NCBI GenBank assembly: GCA_965219415.1
Contig: CBDCNP010000002.1
Coordinates: forward strand, 608,001-672,000
Source of the DNA: Candidatus Marinacidobacterales bacterium
GTDB lineage: Bacteria > Acidobacteriota > Vicinamibacteria > Marinacidobacterales > DATDRI01
DNA length: 64,000 bases
Direction of reading: 5' to 3'
Under the pieces are notes generated by a model. That model had not been told where the DNA came from, did no database searches, and saw only the letters and a list, made by a program, of their open reading frames with translations. A program made the translations under genes and the position numbers. Positions 58,710-64,000 of this stretch are shown one piece after another. Position 1 is the stretch's first letter; each line of letters starts with the position of its first letter.

Positions 58710-59371
58710 ATTCATGGTTGCCAGCTGAGACCGGATAGCTCCACACTGCCCCATCCGCCACCTAGTCTGGCCAATTGTGGCACTGCAGAGACGGGTGAGA
58801 TTTTCCGCGCGGTTTGCGGGGTTTTGCAGGATCAGGTGGCACCAGAGACGCGCTAAAAGGGCTGAACTGGCCTCATTTTCGGTTTTGGTCTCTAATCTCG
58901 ATTTTCGAGTGCCACGCTTGCGCCAAAGGGAGGAGCGGTCCGTTGACAGGGCTGTGCAGCGTCGGAAAAGAGGCCACCCGAGGCGCCCAGAGTCGAGGCC
59001 GGGATACCGCAGCGTAGCTCGCCTAGCACGTTTTGGTCTAGGTCCGCCTAGGCCTATACTGGATTTCCATCTTGCCCCAGGCCTGGATCCAAATCCTCGC
59101 CCGGGAGCATCGCATCCCATTTCTGGACGGTGTTTCCCTCGCGTACGGGGAAACCCGAATCGCCGGCCGCAACGTCACCCTCCCAGGCACGTGACCTGCA
59201 TAAAAGAAGATCGGTCAGAAGCAGCCGATCATGGCAGGTCGAAGACACGCAATCAACGCTAGATCGAATTTTTGCGGAGCACAGGTCGAGCAAGTCGCGA
59301 AACTCCGTGGTGAACTTCTGGTCGCGACTCAGGATGAGCAATAGCGCACTGGACGGAACGCGAGGCCGACC

Positions 59372-60136
59372 TCACTGCACTGGGAGTTCCAGTTGGTGCC
59401 CCTTAGGCATTCCATCCCAAGTCTTGCCGTCGAGGATCCGGCCACCCCTCTTCTTCTGAACGCCACCCCATTGCTTGAAGAAGAAGGGTACGCGCTCCCG
59501 ACGGCACTGGCCTCGGATATCCCTGACCCAGGCCGCCTTGATGGGTCGAGCGCCGGGACCGCTCTCCCCACCCACGATAACCCAGTGGATACCCGAGAGG
59601 TCGAGAGGGCCTAACCGATCCAGCAACGGCTCCAGCGAAAGGAACCGCACTATAGTCGGTACCCTTCGCAGGTGGTCCGCACGCCATAGGTACTTCGCGC
59701 TCTCAATCGACACGCCCATCCACACGTTGGCAGGCCAGTTCAGATCGGGAGCGAGTTCGGCTAACTTCTCCGACCGCTTAGCGAGTTCGGCTAACTTCTC
59801 CGACCGCTTGGTGAGAATCTGAAATGTGTGCCATGACGCCCGTTCCATTGTGTGGAACACTCTTCGGATAAACGCGAGAGGGACCTTCTCGTGAAAAAGG
59901 TCGCTCATACTGTTCACGAAGATCGTCCGAGGCTTCTTCCACGTGAGGGGGAGTTCAAGGCGATCCGGCCAGAGGCGGAGGTCGAAGCCCTGCTCAAAGT
60001 GGTGCCCTGGAATGCTGCGCCACCGTTCCGCGAAGGTTTCTGCATAACAGTGTTTGCATCCTGGACTTACCTTGGTACACCCTGTGATCGGGTTCCACGT
60101 TGAGTTGGTCCACTCAATGATCGACTTGACGCTCAT
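59372..60136 (-). CDS. DUF5131 / phage Gp37Gp68 family three-Cys-motif protein
   Basis: IEWTNSTWNPITGCTKVSPGCKHCYA, FVNSMSDLFH, FQILTKR, FLSLEPLL, WVIVGGESG, FFFKQWGG. Confidence 0.93.
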   Translation of the reverse strand: MSVKSIIEWTNSTWNPITGCTKVSPGCKHCYAETFAERWRSIPGHHFEQGFDLRLWPDRLELPLTWKKPRTIFVNSMSDLFHEKVPLAFIRRVFHTMERASWHTFQILTKRSEKLAELAKRSEKLAELAPDLNWPANVWMGVSIESAKYLWRADHLRRVPTIVRFLSLEPLLDRLGPLDLSGIHWVIVGGESGPGARPIKAAWVRDIRGQCRRERVPFFFKQWGGVQKKRGGRILDGKTWDGMPKGHQLELPVQ

Positions 60137-61341
60137 TTGCTTTCTCCTCCAGGACAGGGCCTTGTTGATAGTAGCGTCTCATCATTGAGTTGCGACTTGC
60201 GTTTCATTGTCCGACGGTCCGGGAACAGGCTCTTCTCGTCGAACGTCAGTTCGTCGATGACCGCACGGTACTCCTTCTTGCGTCGCTGCATGAGGTACTT
60301 TGGAATGACCGCCTCGAAGATCCGCGGCCGAGTCATCGGGCGTGGATCGACCGCAGCAATGATCGCCGCCTTGAGCTCCTCGATAGGACACGGCTCGTAC
60401 CGCCCAGGGGTCATGTCGAAGAGAAGGCCGTCTTTGAATTGCTGGAAATACGGTTCAAGAGCGTTGATGGCGACGTCATTCATGTAGGCAACCGCCCTTG
60501 GACTCCGCGTTCCGAAGATCAAATGATACTTCGCGAGTTCGTCGGCGGGGACTGACGTCCCGCGCTCATCGAGCTCCTTGACGGGTACAGAGTACGTATA
60601 GTCAAAGAATTCGCGCACGCGTTCCACGTACTTTCCGACGACGAGATCTTCACGTTGGATTTTGTCCAGATTGGGGTCTGTCACGATGGGTAGCCAGTAG
60701 TCACCGCCCATCACTGCGTTCACAGTTTCAACCTTCCCCGCCTTCACCTTTTTAGCGACCTTAGAGGCGGAGTCCGTGTAGGACCAATTGCCGCTCATTC
60801 GCATGAACGTCTTGAAGTTGAAGTTGATCAGAACCTCCGTACTCTGGGTCGTGTCTCTCTCGTAGATCTGCTTCACCGTTTCGAAGTCGACATCCTTGAT
60901 TCCGTATGGGTCCAGGTAGAAGAACAAGGTGGCTCCTTGTCCTAGCTCCAAGGCTCGCGACAGGGCCTCCGAGAAATCGGCAAGTGGTTTTTCCGTAACA
61001 CGATTATTGATGTGGTTCGCCAACCCGTGTTCCAGCGTATCCCGATGCGCAGGATGCGAATCTGAGAAAAGGCAACCGACAGTGACCCGACGTTTGGGAG
61101 CGCTTTGAATGGCGCCACAGATAATCAGGGGCGAACCTTCCGATCCATCGCCGAAGCGGCCAGGACCCGAAAAGGCATCAACGATAATGATCGGCCGACC
61201 GCGACCGTGAATCGTCCTTAGGTAGCAGGTGATGTAGTCTTTCAGGATCTTGTCTTTGACGTTTGACCATGTGTGCTTCGTCTTGAAAAAGGGATGAATC
61301 TCATTCGCGCGGGTGCCGTAAGCACGGTCGTCTCTGCTCAT
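60133..61341 (-). CDS. tcmP: three-Cys-motif partner protein (methyltransferase-like fold)
   Basis: HTWSNVKDKILKDY, VDAFSGPG, GSPL, FYLDPYG, TEVLINF; ATGA overlap with the DUF5131 gene. Confidence 0.85.
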   Translation of the reverse strand: MSRDDRAYGTRANEIHPFFKTKHTWSNVKDKILKDYITCYLRTIHGRGRPIIIVDAFSGPGRFGDGSEGSPLIICGAIQSAPKRRVTVGCLFSDSHPAHRDTLEHGLANHINNRVTEKPLADFSEALSRALELGQGATLFFYLDPYGIKDVDFETVKQIYERDTTQSTEVLINFNFKTFMRMSGNWSYTDSASKVAKKVKAGKVETVNAVMGGDYWLPIVTDPNLDKIQREDLVVGKYVERVREFFDYTYSVPVKELDERGTSVPADELAKYHLIFGTRSPRAVAYMNDVAINALEPYFQQFKDGLLFDMTPGRYEPCPIEELKAAIIAAVDPRPMTRPRIFEAVIPKYLMQRRKKEYRAVIDELTFDEKSLFPDRRTMKRKSQLNDETLLSTRPCPGGESK

Positions 61342-61785
61342 TCCTGCTTCCTCTCCCAAGCGGCCTCCCGAGGAGATCTTACGGTACACTGCGACGCAAG
61401 CCTCGTAGTTCGCACCGGTTCCATCACGCGTCCTGAATCTGCACCTTGTCTGCGAGTTTCCAGATTATCCAGGACCTGAAGAAGGTCCGACGTGTGGCTC
61501 CCTGCCACATCGCGGTTGACCGTTCCCGAACGGTCCACGCCAACCTGCGGGTCTGATCTGCTCCCACCAACGAAACCACCTACTAAGTTAGTCCCGGAAC
61601 CATCTGCAGTCCAATCCAGGGTCCAGACTCTGGGTCTGGGATCTCAGGAATCTGACTCTCGCGCCGGCGGCCGTTGATCGACGCCGGCAATACGTAGATG
61701 TGGCAATCGGTCAAGCATGTCCCCGCAGACCGTAGTCGAAGAATTCAGTCGGATGGTCTTGCGCATGCGCTCACGCTGTAGGTCG

Positions 61786-62570
61786 CTATCTTGTCGAAGA
61801 ATCGCGATTTCGTCGATTGTCCTTCACGAAGTGACTCGCTCGATGCCATGCAAACCGTTTCCGGTGCTTTTCTGTCAACGGAATAGGATGATGCCAGCGC
61901 AGCTCGGTCCGTGCCAGCTCGCTCAGGGCAGGCGAGAACTCTGGTCTCCCGTCGTCATCGAAGGTTATTAGTCCCCTGTCAAAGGCCGCATCCCAAAGTG
62001 CTGAGAGAAGCAGTCCATTGTGAATGTTCAGACGTTCGGTGTCGTCGGGGCAGTCCTTCCAGGGAATGATGTGCGAGGCGCGCAGCAAGTCTAGGTCCGT
62101 GATTCCGGTCAAGGGACACCGGCCCTGCCAGTAGGTCAGCAGACGGTCGCGAAAGATGTCCTGGCCGATGCGCTGAACGACGAGGCGCTCGGCCTCGGTG
62201 GTCTTGGGCAGTTTGCGGGTTGCGGCGCGGAAGTCTTCGAGCGGGCTTCGGGCAACGCTACGCCAAGGGCGTAGACCTTGGGCAGCACCGCATAAAGTTC
62301 GGTTAGCGTGGCAAAAGCATAACGGGCAAGACCGGGACCGGACATGTCGGCGCGTGGATGCTCCAGTTCCTCGACGACGCCCGTGTGGTCGAGAGCGAGG
62401 AACCAGGGACCGGAAGGCCCCGTCGCGGAGAGGTGAATGGTCCCCTTCGCAGTGGTGGAGCCGTAGCGCGCCCAGCCGGCCTCCTCTTCCATGGGGCGGC
62501 GATGGCCGTTCTGCCAAGCGGCCTTCCGGCATTCCTCAGCGACGACGAAACCTTGGGGCGTTTCGATCAC
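61786..62570 (-). CDS. HNH endonuclease (putative restriction nuclease); frameshift near 62240
   Basis: QRIGQDIFR, CPLTG, LRASHIIPW, NGLLL, FDRGLITF; the GTG start overlaps the upstream stop. Confidence 0.8.
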
Positions 62571-63255
62571 AAACCAAGTTCCGTGAATTGGCCACTCACC
62601 TCCATCTGATCCCACGCGGCGAGGACGAGGCGGCGAGTGCGGTATTCGCCGTATTGGCGGACTTCCTTTTCCTTGAGTACACGGAAGGTTTCCGAGGGAT
62701 AGTCGGGGCCCTTCACGTCGGCGGGGTCGAGTATATAGCTCAGCTCGTCGCGGGTCAGACCGTAGGCGCGAGCGTAGAAAGCGTCGAGATCGGCGCGCAA
62801 GTAGGCGCGGCGTTTTTCATCCCAGGCGAAGGGGGGGCCTTCATAGCCGAGGTCGCGGGCGAAGGAAGTCATTGCGTGTGAGGTGTAGGTGAGTTCGAGC
62901 ACCTTTGGGGTAAGAAAAGTTACACGCTCTTGCGTGTAGAAGCTAGAAGGGAGAAGCGTAATCTGACGCATAGTGAAGAACTTAAAGGAAGTGCCCCCAA
63001 CTTTCTGGCGTGCAATGAAGTCAGTCACAAGCGAGTTCAAATTCGCATAAAGAGCCGAAACTCTTGAGGTACAGTGGTCCGGAAGCATCAATAAAAACTT
63101 GTCGTTGTAGGCAACGCGCGGAACCAAACAAGCAATCACTGTCCGCTCGTCGGTCGCCCGCGCGATGTCACGCCAACCCATCAACCAGCCTCGGGACCAG
63201 CCTTTGGCGGTGAGGCGCTCGTTCACGTCCGTTTCCGGCACCCAGTAGCGAGGGG
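62567..63255 (-). pseudogene. C-terminal fragment of a large type IIG-like / N6-methyltransferase R-M protein, cut by IS3
   Basis: PRYWV, WRDIARATDERT, LNSLVTDF, LDAFYARAYGL, GEYRTRRLVL. Confidence 0.7.
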
Positions 63256-63300
63256 TGGGCTTGATCCAGTTTCGTGGACACTTTCTGAAAGGCGGATACG

Positions 63301-63618
63301 ATGTCCACAATGGCAAAGACAACGCAGCCCCGGCGACCCCGCCGGGAGTTTGATGACGAGTTTAAGGCAGGCGCGGTCCGGCTGGTGCTTGATGAGGGCC
63401 AGAGCGTGGGTCGGGTGGCCCGGGAGCTTGACCTCACCGAATCGGCGTTTCGCAACTGGGTCCGTCAGGCCCGGGCCGATCGGACGAAGGGCCGGACGGG
63501 CTTGACGGGCGTGGAACGCGAGGAGCTTCGGCGGCTCCGCAAAGAGAATCGGCGGTTGCGGGTGGAGCGCGACGTTTTAAAAAAAGCCGCGGCCTTCTTC
63601 GCGAAGGAGAGCGAGTAA
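63301..63618 (+). CDS. IS3 transposase OrfA
   Basis: RREFDDEFKAGAV (HTH), ELRRLRKENRRL...LKKAAAFFAKE. Confidence 0.9.
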   Translation: MSTMAKTTQPRRPRREFDDEFKAGAVRLVLDEGQSVGRVARELDLTESAFRNWVRQARADRTKGRTGLTGVEREELRRLRKENRRLRVERDVLKKAAAFFAKESE

Positions 63619-64000
63619 GATTCGCGTTCATCCAGGCGGAGAAGGCCACCGTACCGGTCGTTCACCTGTGTCAGATTCTCAACGTCTCTCGGAGTGGCTT
63701 TTATGCCTGGGTACGTCGGCCGCCGTCGGCCCACGCGCGCCGGGACCGCCAGTTGCGCGTGTTGATTCGTGCCTCCCATGAGGCGAGTCGCCGCACCTAT
63801 GGGAGTCCGCGGATTTATCACGACCTGCACGAGCAGGGGTATCGAGTGAGTCGGAAGCGGGTGATTCGGTTGAAACAGGCAGAAGGCCTCATTGCTCGAG
63901 TACGCAAACGCTTCAAGCGCACGACGGTAAGCGGTCATGGCCAGCCCGTCGCGGCCAATGTGCTCGGGCAAGACTTCGTCGCCGATGCGCCGAACCAACG
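63579..64000 (+). CDS. IS3 transposase OrfB, partial (-1 frameshift)
   Basis: LCQILNVSRSGFYAW...YGSPRI...RKRVIRL. Confidence 0.85.

Larger units (their letters stand above)
63256..64000 (+). mobile_element. IS3-family element (runs off the window)
   Basis: Left end TGGGCTTGATCCAGTTTCGTGGACAC; orfA/orfB organisation with an A7G slippery site at 63579-63586. Confidence 0.92.

Noticed and set aside
58426-59262. ORFs of 84-161 aa across the repeat region
   Set aside because: Low complexity, overlapping on both strands and motif-free; the region looks non-coding.
1-64000. CRISPR array, rRNA or complete tRNA genes
   Set aside because: No regularly spaced repeat-spacer array, no cas motifs and no cloverleaf or rRNA signatures seen; 58749-58760 is only a 3'-end-like fragment.

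Overview
High-GC bacterial window. The gene content (wHTH-TolB-TPR regulator, VPS10/BNR protein, M1/S9/M24 peptidases, DUF4097) suggests Acidobacteriota, by inference only. Three zones. (1) 2.1-18.3 kb is the standout. A co-oriented cluster encodes a cbb3-like heme-copper enzyme whose CcoN keeps all six metal-ligand His but lacks the cross-linking Tyr (5-aa deletion in helix VII, Asn at His+4). It continues with ccoO, ccoS, a heme-less CcoP-like stub, CMD/AhpD, rhodanese, a Zn-dependent MetE-family enzyme and OsmC. After an IS110 plus HNH interruption comes what looks like a complete bacterial coenzyme M biosynthesis set (xcbA-like, comA/xcbB, ASL-like xcbC, PurB-like xcbD, D-cysteine desulfhydrase-like xcbE), interleaved with a cytochrome c and followed by a di-heme peroxidase. 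No alkene monooxygenase or 2-KPCC gene is present in the window. (2) 18-49 kb is mostly ordinary genes (apaG, peptidases, hemA, Ca/H exchanger, PBP1A, lemA, lon, DnaJ-class). It includes a probable ArsC/Spx-family selenoprotein (in-frame UGA in UxxC plus a SECIS-like hairpin) and an RluA homolog lacking the catalytic Asp. (3) 49.6-64 kb is a decayed mobile/defence region: rve-integrase elements with a repeated ~110-bp end, an IS903-like element, a ClaI-like R-M pair with a truncated endonuclease, a TcmP/DUF5131 module, an HNH nuclease, a type IIG-like fragment and an IS3. Many single-base frameshifts in otherwise intact genes suggest sequencing indels. All family assignments come from motif recognition, not database searches.
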